64,000 nucleotides of DNA from Takakia lepidozioides (taxonomy: Eukaryota; Plantae; Bryophyta): contig CM060734.1 of assembly GCA_030704615.1 (NCBI GenBank), forward strand, positions 19,592,001 to 19,656,000, given 5' to 3'. Numbering within the stretch: position 1 is the first letter of the stretch; every line of letters starts with the position of its first letter. Shown piece after piece: positions 22,990 through 36,400 of this stretch. Under the pieces are notes generated by a model that ran no database searches, was not told where the DNA came from, and saw only the letters and a program-made list of their open reading frames with translations. Position numbers and translations under genes: made by a program.

Positions 22990-23345
22990 TATGAATCCAT
23001 CTCACAAACCTCCCTCACTCTTGTCATATCCATTGTGCTTTCATCTACAGTGTATTCATGCGTGCTCCATTCATGAATGTTTTCATTTGTTCAACATCCA
23101 TTGTACATTCATCCTCTATACTCTTTAATCCACCCCACAAACCTTCCACACTCATGTCATATACATTGTGCATTCGTCTAAAGTTTTAATCATGCATCTT
23201 CCTGTCATGAATGTTTTTCATTGCTCAACATCCATTATACATTCATCCATTTGACTCTTATCCATCCCTCATTCATCCATCTACATTCATTTTTCACACT
23301 CATCCATCTGTTTATCATCCAACTATACATTCATCCATCCTTTAT
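22990..23345. repeat. ~130-bp diverged duplication and ATTCATCC-rich low-complexity tract
   Basis: cacaaacct.cc.cactc.tgtcatat...catgaatgttttcatt occurs twice, followed by catcc/attcat repeats. Confidence 0.7.
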
Positions 23346-23350
23346 TCATC

Positions 23351-23884
23351 TGTTGCTTTCAGGTGGGAATGACCACTGCCTTTTATTATGTCGTCCAGCT
23401 TGTTTCCGCGGTAAAGGGTGCCAATCCATGGGAATACACTCCACTTCTTCCTGGGCGCGTGGTGACGCGGTCTTCAAGTGTGATGACGTGGAGTGAGCCC
23501 CGTGATGTGGCATTGGCTTAAGGTGACGTGGCGTGAGCGCAGTTGTGCTCACGCGCTCACATGACCAGGCTCACGCCGAGGCATCCCCCGGCTGTGTCTG
23601 ACTGTGGTAGGCTGTGTAAGGCTGTGACTGACTGTGTTAAGCTGTGTCAGGCTGTGACAGGCTGTGTCAAGCTGTGTCTAACTGTGTAAGACTGTGACAA
23701 GTTGTGTAAGGTTGTCTCAGGCTGTGTAAGCTGACTGTGTGAGCCTGCCTACCACCCCTGAGGCATGTGTTTGTCATCCCTAAGGCCTCTGTTGGTCTGA
23801 GCCTACCATCCGTAAGTCTGCACAAAATTAAGGGTACCCCACAGAACCCGTAAAACTGTCTAAGTCCCAGACAACCCTCTAACA
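23351..23884 (-). repeat. 3' LTR (left boundary uncertain)
   Basis: TGTT at 23884 follows the PPT. Candidate AACA end at 23351. Contains a CTGTG minisatellite (23590-23740) and GTGACGTGGCGTGAGC. Confidence 0.65.
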
Positions 23885-23887
23885 TTA

Positions 23888-23901
23888 TCCCTCCCCCTCT
23901 C
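23888..23901 (-). other. Polypurine tract
   Basis: GAGAGGGGGAGGGA on minus, 3 nt before the TG of the LTR. Confidence 0.85.
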
Positions 23902-23964
23902 AAAAAGTCATGTCCTCACGGTTTACTGTTAAGGATCAGCAAACCTTTGTGAACGAGCACCCTT

Positions 23965-26900
23965 CTACCGGTGAGAGTCCCTTGGAGGGCTCTGTGTGCG
24001 AGCCCGAGCCATGTCGCTGGTTGGTGGAGATGATTGTCCACCAAATGGAAATGACTGCCCTTCCTTTGGCTGATAAGGAGGTAACTTCTCAGGCATATGA
24101 GATCCCCGTCGTTTCTTCTCTGCCATTTGTATTGCATAATCCTCAGCCATGTCAAAAGGTTCCTCCATAGAACCAGTAGTATCAGAATCATCTTCCCCCC
24201 GGTGGCCTTTCGGTGTCCTGACCTTATGTGGCTTCTCAGGAATCCTACGTGGCATACAGTGTTTGCCCACCATGTCTGGAAGTTTAAACTTTAAAACTTG
24301 TATCAATCTCTTGCGGGCAAAATTAGTGTACTCCCGCAGCTCCTCGTCTGTGTAGCTGAGTGGTGTGCCAATGACATTGGAGAAGTGTAACCACTTTCTG
24401 GCTTCACGCCCCTTAGAAAAAATGTGGTCAAGACCCAAGTTTTCCTTGGCCAAATTCTCCAGAGCAAAAGTAAACCAAGAACGAAGTTGGGAATCCTTCT
24501 GAAGCATGATTTTTACATCATATAGATATGTATGTGATGGAACCGAAGGTATCACCCAATGATCCCCATTGGAATAAGTCTGAAATCTCATCTGCATCTT
24601 TTGCTGCTCAATGTGATAGCGTGAAATAAAACAAGCAGCATAATACAGTCCACAACCCATGACCAAACTAGGTATCTCCTTGGTCTTGGTGTAGATGTAT
24701 CCATGAACAATCTGGAAGGCAATTAATTCCTTCAGCATGGTGCCTGCCTCAGACCGCGCAAAATGGTGATCTTCAATGGGTCTGTCATTTGGAAAAACTT
24801 TAGTCCGAGTTGCCACTGGCAACCAAATGCGCATAATCTGGTAATAGTGTACCAAAGACTCTGGAGGACTGAATTCTTTCCAAGCCAAATCCATAACAAT
24901 GGGAATTTGGTTGAAGGGCATAATCATAGCTCGATTGTATTCAAGTGCAGCAGGAGTAGTAGGTGGGTTAAAAGAAGCATCACCCCAAACCTCAGACAGT
25001 GATTGTTGTAGTGCCATGGTATCAACACTGTCGACCTGGCATGGTTGTTGTAATGCAGTTGCCACAGTCCCTCCTGATGTTGGCAAGTCCTGCACTTCTT
25101 GTGCTAAAGATTGGAAAATCAAAGTCCTGGCATACAGATAAGTAGCCATGAGCTGTTCCTCGGGAGCAAAGGCCATTTTATCAATGTTGGAGCTCAAGTC
25201 ATCCACTTGAGTCTACAACCCTTCCACATCCTCCTGCAACTCAGTTATCCGACTATAGACATTGTCTATAGTGGTTGTGGCAATATTCTGCAGCAATAGC
25301 CTGAGATCATTCATCTCATCTTGGGTGAGCTTTCTTGGTGCCTTCCCTGCCACTGGCCCTTGTGTTAACCATTCTCGCAAAAGATGTTTATTCACCAAGT
25401 CTTGTGTAGCACCACGGAGATCATGCTCCTCCTTGAGTCTATATGTTTCCAACTGTTGTTGTAAACTCTCCATGCGCTTCGCATGAGGTTCAACCAGAGC
25501 TGCATAGGCAGCGGACAAATTATTGGCTTCTTTCCAGGCCTTGTCAGTCACAGAAAACTCAGTCTCCCGTACTGTGATTGTTTGCTGCAATTCAAGGATG
25601 TACCTGTCTTTCTGGGCATTGACCTGGTGGTACTGCTGAAATGTATCCTCATTGCGACAGATAGTAGCCTTCATGTCAGCAATGAGTTTCGCCTACTCCA
25701 CTGACTCTGTCTCTGCCATTAAACATCTCTTAGCTTGGTTCTTAACTTCTAGTGCAGTCAGCTCCAGATTAGTCGTTAGTGTGGCACACTGTATGGTCAT
25801 TCTCTGATGGACTGCTTCCAACTCTGTATGAAGCAACTGCACTTCCTGCAGCTTGCCCTCATGCTTAGCCTGCAACTGGTATAGTTGTTGCTTATGTACT
25901 TCATGCAACTTCTCCTGCTCCAGACCTGCTTCAATCAAGTTTTCCTTCGCAAGCTGTAGAGCAGATTTAGTGTCCTCCAATTCTTTCTGCAACTTGAGGT
26001 TGGCCTCCACATCCACCTTATTTGCACACTCAGTGGCAATTCTTGCCTCAAACTCTTGCTTGAGCTCCTCCCTCAATGCTGCCAATTGTGTGGAAGGAAC
26101 ATGGGTCTTGACATAGGTGCCCAACAAATTAAGTGTCCTCCTTATAGAACTCATAAGCATGGCCTGCTGTGGGTCTTCATGGAGAACTTGTTGCTGTTCT
26201 TCCTGATCCTCCACAGTTTGATGTTTCACAAACCAGTCAGGCCATGATCCCACAAGATCTTCTTCCTGAGCAACCTCATCCTCCACAGGTGTTGTAGTTC
26301 CCTTGCCCTTTACCCCTTTAACCTCCGCCACAGGTTTGGGCATAATCTGCACCGCAGAGATTTCCTTAGGCATACCCTTCATCTTTGGTACCATGGGTTC
26401 TCCGACCAATGCTAGAGTTTTCATAGAGAAGGTCGCCCTTCTCAATTTCTGCCACTACTTGCTCTGTAGTAGGGATGTTCAACCCCTCTCCCTCCACAGT
26501 AAGAGGCTCCGGTGTAACAGCATGTCCAATTTGAGTTACCCCTGGGGCAACCGGGTCAGCTGGTTGTGGTGGCTGTGGTACTGAGGTGACTTCTTCCTCC
26601 CTCTCTGAAGGCTGTGCTTCCAGTAATAACAGCCCCTTGTGTTGCTGCTCCTCATCCTGCACAGGAGCTATGGAAACATCATCCTGTGGATTCCTTGTGG
26701 CCAGTGGATCCGCCACTACAGTTGCGTCCCTCTTCTGTCTCTTGGACTGGTACTGCCCCTCCAATCCTCCTTCACCTTGTAAAGAGCCTTGCTCCTCAAC
26801 TGCAGTTGTGGCTGCCTCAAACACCCCCATTACTTTGCGTTCTCGTGCATCAAGCAAGCAAGAATCAAAGATAATTTGTGCAATAATTGGGCCAGACACA

Positions 26901-27483
26901 ATGATCAGGGACTTGGCAGTAGTATTTTGTAACCGTTTCATCTCCTCTACCAGACCACTGTACATCATCTCCGCCCAAGCTATATCCTCTCCTCTCAAAG
27001 CTTTCAGTACCTCCTCTGTGAAAGATCTGTTAAGATACTGTTGGTTCTATTTCATGGCAAACAAAATGTTCAGTATCTGGCCAATTTCCCTCAACCCTGG
27101 ATACTCGGCCTTGGTGCAAGTGAATCCCTGGTTCTTGAAGAAACTCATTTCTTGGAACAGATCCCCTACTTGCAATCTTGCCCTGTGCTCATCCACGTTC
27201 ACATTACCAGATGGTAATTCAAATAGTTGTTGCAAATACTGCGGAGTAACCTGTATATCTACGCCCTTCACCTGGGTAACTCCTGTCCGTGGCTCAAAGT
27301 TCTGGATAAATTGGACATCAATCCCCAATGATGCAAAGACCACTCTTTGCGTAGCAACCCCTCCAACCGCAGCTCCTTCAACAGCTGCACTGCCTGTGGT
27401 GTAGCGATCGTCTGCTTCTGTAGAATCGTCGTGCTCTTCACCCTGAGATCCTCCATCTCTCTAATTCTCTTCATCCCGGACAA
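23965..27483 (-). pseudogene. Extra 3' ORF of the gypsy element (~1170 codons, broken): plant-transposon-protein-like N-terminus, acidic linker, coiled coil, helical C-terminal domain
   Basis: Six abutting same-strand ORFs. FIQNFEPRTGVTQVKGVDIQVTPQYLQQLFELP...GEDIAWAEMMYSGLVEEM resembles Athila/Tat accessory ORF domains. E/Q/L/K heptads at ~25250-26100. Confidence 0.7.
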
Positions 27484-27746
27484 ACAAGAAGGCCTTGTTT
27501 GGAATAGCAGAAAATGTGGTTAGCACATAATGGTACAGGCAAGTGAGTGTAGCCTGCGGGGCTTGCAAATAGTGAGTGAGAGAGAAGGTACTCTCAACCT
27601 GTCCTTCCCTGTGCCACTATGTAAGAAGTAGAGCTAGTGTATAGTCCGTGATATCCGCCATAGCTACAAAGCTATAGCTTTGATTGCCTCTCCCGTCGAG
27701 ACACTGGTTATCCGGAATAACTCCTATTCTTCCGCTCATAATCTTC

Positions 27747-28597
27747 TTAATTTCTTGTTCTTGTTTCTTGAATGGAGTCTCTTGCACGAAATTCACATTG
27801 CTGATTGGCCGTTGCCTTATTAGGTAACTTCTCATTTTTTACCTTAATCTGTTCACATTCCCGCTTGGAATGACCACTAGGACTGCATATGTGGCAAAGG
27901 TTCCCCTTTGCCGGACGCGTAAAGGGTTCCATTAACTGTCCCTTTGATGCATTAATGGGCTCGTAATAAGTTTCGGCTGATGTACCGGGTAGGTACTTTG
28001 ACGGCCCTGTTTGTCTTCTTGTGTGATGGCGGTCGTTATTGCAGTACATGCAATGCGGAGTGCTTTGCCCTTTAGACCACGTGTTTGAATTCAAACACTC
28101 TCCCGTCTCCCTCTGTCCACGTGGCACATTCTCCGAGTTTGACTTCCAAACTGTCTTTACACTTACCGGCCACTTTACTGTCGGTAACTCGTGTCCACCT
28201 GTCACTGACCCTATGGACTGTGCAACCTGTGTGGGCTGTGTTGCCTGGGGTGGGCTGTGTCGGACTGTGGTGAGCTGTGATATGCTGTAATAGGCTGTGG
28301 TAGGTTGTGATATGATGTGTTAGACTGTGGTGGCCTGTGATGGCTGTGTGAACACCTGTGTTCTCTGCTATTGCCATACACATTCGGCTTTATGACAAGT
28401 GCTCCATGCTCCGCTGGTGCTACCGGTGTAGTCTGTGACTGCATCTGTGTTTCAAGATGCAAATCATGCTGCAATGGTCTATCATGGATACCACTATATC
28501 CCTTCAACTTATTGGCATTGACTCTACCAAGCATCTGTTTATTAATGGTTTGTAACATAGTTGTGTTGTTATCATACATCTTCTGTATGACATAAGG
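27747..28597 (-). pseudogene. Integrase GPY/F module and C-terminal extension with CCHC zinc knuckle(s)
   Basis: KSPWK*PYVIQKMYDNNTTMLQT...VNANKLKGY in frame with INT. Then CMYCNNDRHH and CHICSPSGHSKREC (27855-27896) after a frameshift. Confidence 0.75.
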
Positions 28598-31330
28598 TCA
28601 TTTCCATGGTGATTTAAGCTTAGAAGCTTTAATCTTTCCCTTCTTCTGCAACCACAGTACCAAATCACCCGTCTTAAAAGTCTTCAATTTACCTTCATCA
28701 AACTGATCCTTCCTCTTCATCTGAATTCTGGTCATGTTATCTACTGCATCAGCACGTACTTCTTCCACACAATATAATTCATGTTTCCTTACTTTAATTG
28801 AATCCTCCAATTCCATTCTCCTTCCCCATTCAGTTCTCATGGTAGGTAATAAGAATTCCACTGGAAGTACAACTTCCATACCATAAACTAACAAGAACGG
28901 TGTATACTTGGTGGTGACTTTATATGAAGTCCCGTATGACGCTGTCAACAGCTTTGTATCCCAGTCTGTCATGTTTGCATTGACTATCTTAGTCTCATTA
29001 ATGAAATGACTTCTCTGGTCACTGATAAACTCCAGAGGACAGCCAAATCTTGTGAGAATATTCTCATATAGGAACCTTGCTGTGGACTTAGCTTTTTTGT
29101 CCCTCAGAGACTTAGCTTCCACCCATTTTGTAGTATAATCAGTAGCTGTGATTATATACTTATTCTATGTATTTCTGGCTAGTGGATTAATTGGTCCAAC
29201 AAAGTCTAATCCCCATTTCTGGAATGGTTCAGTAGGCATCGTAGGATGCAAAACCATCTTCCCATATCTTTGCAAAGGTCCTAGCCTCTGACACTCATCA
29301 CAATTCTTGCAAAACTTGTGTACATCCTTGAATAAAGTAGGCCACCAGTAACCTGCAAGTAGTATTTTCTTACTGTTAGTCTCTTCTCCAAAATGATCTC
29401 CAACCACTCCTTTATGAACTTCTTCCAAAACTTTATTTACTTCATGGTGGTACAAGCATCGTTTAAGAACTCCATCAGGTCCTAGCTTATACAATCTTCC
29501 ACCTATCATAGTGTATGGTAAAGCCTTGATAGCTATTCTTTTCCTCTGCTCCTTCCCATGACTGGGTGGGCACTGACCATGAGTAAGGTAGTATCTGATT
29601 GGCCACTGCCAATCTAACCAATCATCTGCACTTCCCTGCACTTCCACTACAAATAAACTCGCATCAGGCAGTTGATCGTCTACTCTTGTGGCGGGCTCTC
29701 CTGTTGATAGGCGTGACAAGTGATTTGCCACAAGATACAAACGGCCAGGCTTGTAAACAACTTCAAATTCAAACTCGTGCAAGATTATCAACCATCTTGC
29801 TATCCTGCCACTTATCAAAGGCTTTGATTCACCAGATAAATCAAAGCCTGATGATCCACATAAAACATAAACTTCCTTCCCAATAGGTAATGCCTGAATT
29901 TCTTGACTGCATAAATCATTGCCAAAGCTTCTCTTTCAGTAGTGCTATAGTTCTTCTCAGCAGTGTTCAACAATCTGCTAGCATAGTACACAGGTGAATC
30001 TATGTTTCCTGTGACATTTTGGGCTAACACAGCCCCCAATGCTTCTCCTGAGGCATCACAGTGTACATGAAATACCACATGCCAGTGAGGGTTAATCAGT
30101 ACAGGTGTAGTTGTTACTGACAATGTAAGTTCCTCAAAAGCCTGTTGACATTCAGCTGTCCATGCAAACACTGCATCATTCTTCAAAAGCTTGCTCAATG
30201 TGTTGCCATCTGTGCATACCGCCTGACAAACCTTCTGTAGTAGGTGGCTTGTCCAAGGAATCTCCTTAGAGCCTTAACATTTGCTGGTGGTGGGAATGCT
30301 TTAATGGCCTCAGTCTTTCTAGGATCCACAAGCAGTCCCTTCTTACACACAATGTGTCCCAGAAGTACCCCTGAGTTCACACAGAAAGTACACTTTTCTG
30401 GATTCAGACCAAGACCTCTCATCCTGCATCTGGTCAAACATAACTCCAACTGCTGCAAGTGCTCATTCTTAGAGCTGTACACACTGAAGTCATCTAAGAA
30501 CACTTGCATGAAACCATCCAGGTACTCATGGAAAGATTCACTTATCACTCTCTGGAAAGTTGTTGGTGCATTACAAAGTCCAAAAGGCATGACTGTGTAT
30601 GGCATAAGCACCCCAGTCTGTGATTAAAGTTGTCTTCCCCTGATCCTCTTCAGCTACTTGTACTTGGTTATACCCACTGAAACCATCCATGAATGAGTAC
30701 ATCTCATGGCCTGCCACAGTATCCAATACAGCTTCTGTGAATGACAAAGAAAATGAATCTTTCTTTGTACAATCATTCAACTTCTTATAGTTCACACAAA
30801 CTTTCAGTTTGTCATTCTTCTTGGGAACTATCACAATGGGTGATAGCCAAGTTGTATACTCAATCGGGTATATGAACTTAGCCTCAGCCAACTTCTTGAT
30901 CTCTTCCCCAACCTTCTGTGCATAGTTGGGATTCATCCTGTACCTTGCCTGTTTGATTGGTACTGACCCTGGTTCCAGTTCAATCTTATGCTGGCAGATC
31001 TCAGGTGGTATCACTTTCAGATCTTCATAGCTCCAAGCAAATACATCTTTGTATTTGATAAACAAGATCTTAACTTCCTCAAAGAATTCTGGCTCCAAGT
31101 CAGCCCCAACTTTCACCATTCTTGGTTCCTCCTCAGTTCCCACATTCACTTCTCTCATCTGTTTTTCAGCTGTGATTGTCCATCCAGCCACTACTTCATC
31201 CTTTAAACTCACAGTGGCTGGTTCCTCAATGATTTCTATTTCTCCCTCCCTTTCTTCATAGAAATGTGGTGGATAACTGCTTGTTTCCCCCTCAATTGGT
31301 GTTGTTGTTACTGCACCACAGCAGATACCA
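28598..31330 (-). pseudogene. pol: RT, RNase H, integrase
   Basis: WLSPIVIVPKK; FMDGFSGYNQV; VMPFGLCNAPTTFQR; FLDDFSV; VHCDASG; EREALAMIY; H..HF..CDEC; KWGLDFVGPI; FGCPLEFISDQ. Confidence 0.95.
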
Positions 31331-31825
31331 ACCCTATTTTAAGTAATTCTGGACTTTCGGCTTAAATCCGGACCAAACTTAATATATAACATAATTAAAA
31401 TTAATTCAGGTAATAATAATAATATTGTGGAATATTGAGTCATTTAACTTGTGAAGTTGCACAATCCCATTCATGTAACATTGAATGGTAAGTCGAATGA
31501 CGTTCTAAAATTATAAAGATAAGATCGATTGAATGAAGTTATTAATAAATTGATAGATGTATGACATAAACACATGATTCAAGAAGATAATATACAAATG
31601 AAAAGTAAACATCCATACCATGCTTACAGTATAGTAGTACCATGAACCAATGTATTGCAAGTTTCAATTGATGGATTAAAACGTTGAATGGAATAAGGTT
31701 GGATTTCAATGAAACATGTGAATTATGCTTCAAAATATTTAGGGATCATTCCAAAAGGTTCATATGACAACCAAATATTGTGGAAGAGTGTCATGTAGAT
31801 TCAGCTATAAAGTCATTGAACCAAG

Positions 31826-32740
31826 CTGGAATTAGGTTTTAGGTTATAGAGTTTGCTAGGGTACATTGAAACATAGTACTTGGTATGAATGGAAAAGAAA
31901 ATATGGGAAAGTGTACAGATGACTTGGCACCTATGAAAATTTGTTAATGAAATATCCCAACCATAGATTGTATCCAAATTTCTATGAGGAATGTGAATCA
32001 AACCGTGGAGTTTGGTTTAGGGTTTAGGGTTTAGGGTTTTAGAAAACTGTAAATGAACAAACAATTATGGAGTTTGAGTCTTTACCCATACGTAGAACAA
32101 TTCATGAAATATTATCACCACCCCACTTCGACCGTACCCAAAATTGAAAGTAATAAATAAGTAAGCATCAAACAAAGAATTAGGTTTTAGGGTATAGAGT
32201 TTGCGAGAGTACTAACCATAGTACTCGGTATGAATGGAAAAGAAAATATTGGGAAGGGTACAGATGACTTGTCACCTATGATTTAGGGTTTAGGGAATAA
32301 AATTTCCCAACCATAGATTGTATCTAATCTATGAAGAATGCGCATCAAACAGTGGAGTTACGTTTAAGGGCTTAGGGTTTAGGGTTTAGAGAACTTTAAA
32401 TGGACTAACAATTATGGAATGTGAGTCTTTACGTGTAGGTCGAACAACAATTCAGGAAATATCCCCTCCACTTCGACCGCACCCAAACTTGAAGCAATAA
32501 ATTAAATAAGCATCAGACATTGGAATTAGGTTTTAGGGTACGGAGTTGAGTAGTGTAGTAAACATACTACTAGGTATGAATGGACCAAAAAATCTGGGAA
32601 AGTGTACAAGTGACTTGTCACCTAAGAAATTAGACTTGAATGAAATATCCCAAGGGCCATTCTATTATGCCCAACCTTGTAACCCTTGAAGAATGCGCAT
32701 CAAACATTCAAATTAGGTTTAGGGTATATGGTTTAAGGTG
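31826..32740. repeat. ~347-bp tandem repeat (2.6 copies) with embedded TTTAGGG telomere-type motifs
   Basis: Units begin GAATTAGGTTTTAGG at ~31829, ~32177 and ~32523. (TTTAGGG)3 at ~32016-32036, degenerate tracts at ~32363-32390 and ~32713-32738. Confidence 0.9.
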
Positions 32741-33443
32741 AGGACAATGTAAGGACTGAGGGCCCCAGAAGTATTGTCTTTAGAAGGTCATAATAAGATA
32801 AACAGACCCAAGATAAATTGACTTGAGATGACACGGAATAACGGGTGGCAAAGCGAGGTTCAGGACTGATTAGTGACGAAGAAAATTGAGAAGAATCTTA
32901 AGATAGTCCGAAAAGGCAGTAAATGAAATGTAACTCTGTACTTGAAGCCAGACTTACAGAAAGCTACTGACGAGTAATGGGAGAAGATTCACAAGATTTA
33001 CAAGCAGTAAACCGCAAGAAAACCTGTCCATTGAAGCAACAACTTTCACAAATTGCCACGCGGTTTATACTCAGGATATTTTCTAGACCAATCATATTGA
33101 GCCCAACAATACGACCATGTGGACCGAGAATAGAGGAGATGGGCGAATCTATTGAGGAGAAGACACTTTGGTGAGAACCAGAGAACCAAAAGAAATGGGT
33201 GTAATGTGAGAGAAGAACTGCAAAGAGAAGGAAGCAGTGACATCAGGAAAACTAGGAACTCCGGATGATCACTCAAGGTTCCTGAAACGTTACAGAGATG
33301 AGGTCCGGAAAAAAGCTAGTGGCTGGCAAAGAAGGTAGATTAATATTTGAACACGTGAAGAGAAACAAATGGAGAGTGGAGGTAAAACATTAGTTTTATT
33401 CTTGAAAACATGCCGAGGAGTGACCCTCCACAATATGTCATTG

Positions 33444-36400
33444 TCAACGTTGTTCTCCGCCCAAGGTTGCATTGTCTTCATTGTCTAACTGTTGATTGGC
33501 CTCATCCAAATTTGCTCGTGCTTTCTTCGCCTCCACCGCGGTAATTTTCTTAGAGCTATTACGTGTCGTGTTTTTTCTGGCGGGCATTGTCCAAACGACA
33601 GAGTTAATGTGATTCCACTGAGGGGGATCATCTGGATTAAACTCCCAAACTTTGGACCAACAATCTCTGTACCTGTCCAAATCGGAAGGGCTACCTCCTT
33701 TCTTGGGTCTCCACCATTCGACGTGAACCTTCTTAAAATTCCTGGATCCTCTGTCGCGGACCACATCCGATATTGCCATCCCCATCCAAACTGGAAACGT
33801 CACAGTATCTACTGGTCGAACCAAGACGAAGAATCCGTTCTCAATATCTTTGAACGGATTTAGAGGCTGCTTCGGTCTATCACACCGGGGGCCATAATAC
33901 GGCTCCATGACTTCATCTTCTTCCGACAGATCATCCTCTGCAGGTGTATGGATTCCGGCTCTGTGGTGGTTGACAGCCCACTTGGTTGAGGGCCAAAAAC
34001 CCTCTTTAAGCGCGATTGAATGTCGTGATTCTCCAGGAATGGGAAGATCAAGTTCTGCAAGGATTGCTTCCCAGTATTGATCATACTGTATCATGATGTC
34101 ACGATAATGATCGTCAAGCAACATCCCCTTCTTCCAGAACTCCCTGTATTTTTTAATTCCAGTTTTGATAAAAGACTGTTTATCGGATGAGTCATCTCCC
34201 ACACCCCAAATTGGTGTTTTTTTTTACAGCCCTGGGTTGTACTGCTGCAGACAACTTTGGAGATCCATCGGGATTCGACTTCCATATCTTCACCGCACCT
34301 TTTTTGGGGAGCCACTTAGAATCAGTAGCAAACTTCTTAAACTTCATGACAGGCCAACCATCTTCATCTACATAGAATCGAAATACATGCATTTTTGTTT
34401 GCCCAACTAAAGCCTCTTTTCCATCGAGAATGCAACCGTCCACATACGCCTTAATCTGGCACTTCTTGAATGATTTGAGGAATAAATTGCAGATCTTGAG
34501 AGATCATAAAAAACCTCATAAGATCGGAGAGAACGTAGGTGCTGTTTTGCTTCAGCTTCTTCGATAAATAACTGAAGAATCCGTCGATGTCCTCATGGAT
34601 ATGGCCAACCATGAGAAATCCCATCTGAATCTCCTCAAACACTCCTCTTGCAGTTAGGAGCGACAGAAAAGCCAGCATACCCCTGTTTTTGTTTTCCTTC
34701 ACGCAGTTGTCCAACTGCAGGTAGAGTCTTCGCGGAAGAGGGACTTTTCCTTTTTTCTTCTCCTTATCGCCGAAAGGTTTCAAGACGTCGAGACACCTCG
34801 ATTTACCCTTCATGAGAGATTCGAAAAATGAATTCTGAGGTGGGTGGTCAAAGATGTTACGACTTTCGTGGCAAGAGGGCTTCTCTAGTTGGCGGAGGCA
34901 TCTTGCTAGGGAGCCAATCATGAAGTTCGGGTCTCCCGGCCAGAAGTCCAGAGAGTACTGTCCGTAGGCTCCATCCTCGTGGCCGTGGATGATCATGCCG
35001 GTTAGCAAGATTGGAAGCTGACCTAAGCCGGAGACCATCTTGTTCGTCGTCTGCAACCTTGGAATAGCTGTTTTCCGATGATCCATCTTGTCATGAATGA
35101 TGCAGAGGAACTCGGACGACATCATAGCTGACTCATTCCTCTAGCTGTGATAGAGTCTCCTGCAAGACTCCTGAAGCCTGAGGTGCTATCAAGTGCTTTC
35201 TTGTGTGAGGCCTGCTCATCGCTACGTTTGACCGACTTCTTGATTAGGTCTTTGAGCATCTCACAGTCTGTGCATTTGGCAAACGTGCTACCACTTTTTC
35301 TAACCTCGACGTTGGGAAAAATCCGTTGTCTGATTCTGCTGACGGCTGCCTGGGAGATAGGCTTCAACCCACATATTTTATTCGTCTGCAAGACAGACAG
35401 GGGGAAATGAACCTTGCGCGATCGCCCGAGCTTTAATAGTGAGAGGTCTAAGCAAAACAAGGAAGGTCCCCAAAAATATAGAATTCGGAAAGTGGTAAAA
35501 AGAAGAAGAATTGACCTCATTACACTCCTCACGAAGTTTTTTCCAGTTCAGTTCAGGTGGCAGAACTCGAAGAGTATCTCTCCGTCCGTCTCCAATACAG
35601 TGGGTCTTATGAGGCATGAGATCAGAATTTCTGTTTATAATCGACATTAAGTTTCCTTCAGCTAGACGAGTTTGTGGACGGGGCCGTTTCACTCCGGAAT
35701 TCCCGTGCAACGATGTAACCACACCCTCTCTGCTTAGTTTTTTGTATTCCATGTAAGTTGAACGACCGATTCCGTGAATTGTCCACCAAGCTGTCTCACA
35801 CACATCAACGCCCTCAATGGTTATGTAGGCCTTTGTCGAAACCCCGTCGATTCGATGAAGTCTTTTTGGAACATCAAAACCGAACTCTCTCCGTTCGTCG
35901 TAGGAGGATCCCCAATAGCGGTCCAGATAATGAGTGTTTTTCTCCAGTCGAAATATTGGCAACACTGTAAATTGCAACATTGTTTGCTGCTGACTTATCG
36001 AACTGCCTGCAGTGAGAGGCGAGTATTTATCTTTTTGGAATCGTCTTTTTTGGATTTTTTTTTGGTCTGTTGAAATGCCGGTATGCTGCTTTTTTCACAC
36101 CTTTCTCGTTGTGACCAAAATCTGTTTGTTCCCAGCTATTGATGAACCTATGAAGGTCAGATAACAATGTCCTGCCACTATCAATCAACCGAGTCTGCGT
36201 CAATGGCCAGTTCACGAAACACATGAGATTGGTCGAACCGCCATTCAAAATCCTTGTAACGAGCACCCCGACATGATGTTGTCCAACTTTCTCACAAAGT
36301 ATCACCTCGTCAGGATGACATGCTTGAATTCTGCCCTCGTACAAAGCACCTTGTTCATCTCCAATGAGAATACACAATTTATTTCTCCAACTGTCTCTAC

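Larger units (their letters stand above)
23351..31330 (-). mobile_element. Non-chromovirus Ty3/gypsy (Athila/Tat-related) element, 5'-truncated, with a long extra 3' ORF
   Basis: RT-RH-INT remnants at 28490-31330, extra ORF region 23965-27483, PPT, then an LTR beginning TGTTAGAGGG at 23884. No gag or 5' LTR. Confidence 0.9.

Noticed and set aside
26586-27404. Plus-strand 272-aa ORF and similar antisense ORFs over TE genes
   Set aside because: Shadow ORFs opposite recognisable coding regions.
32016-32036. True telomere or fusion site
   Set aside because: Only three perfect units, embedded in a larger tandem repeat, with no head-to-head arrangement.
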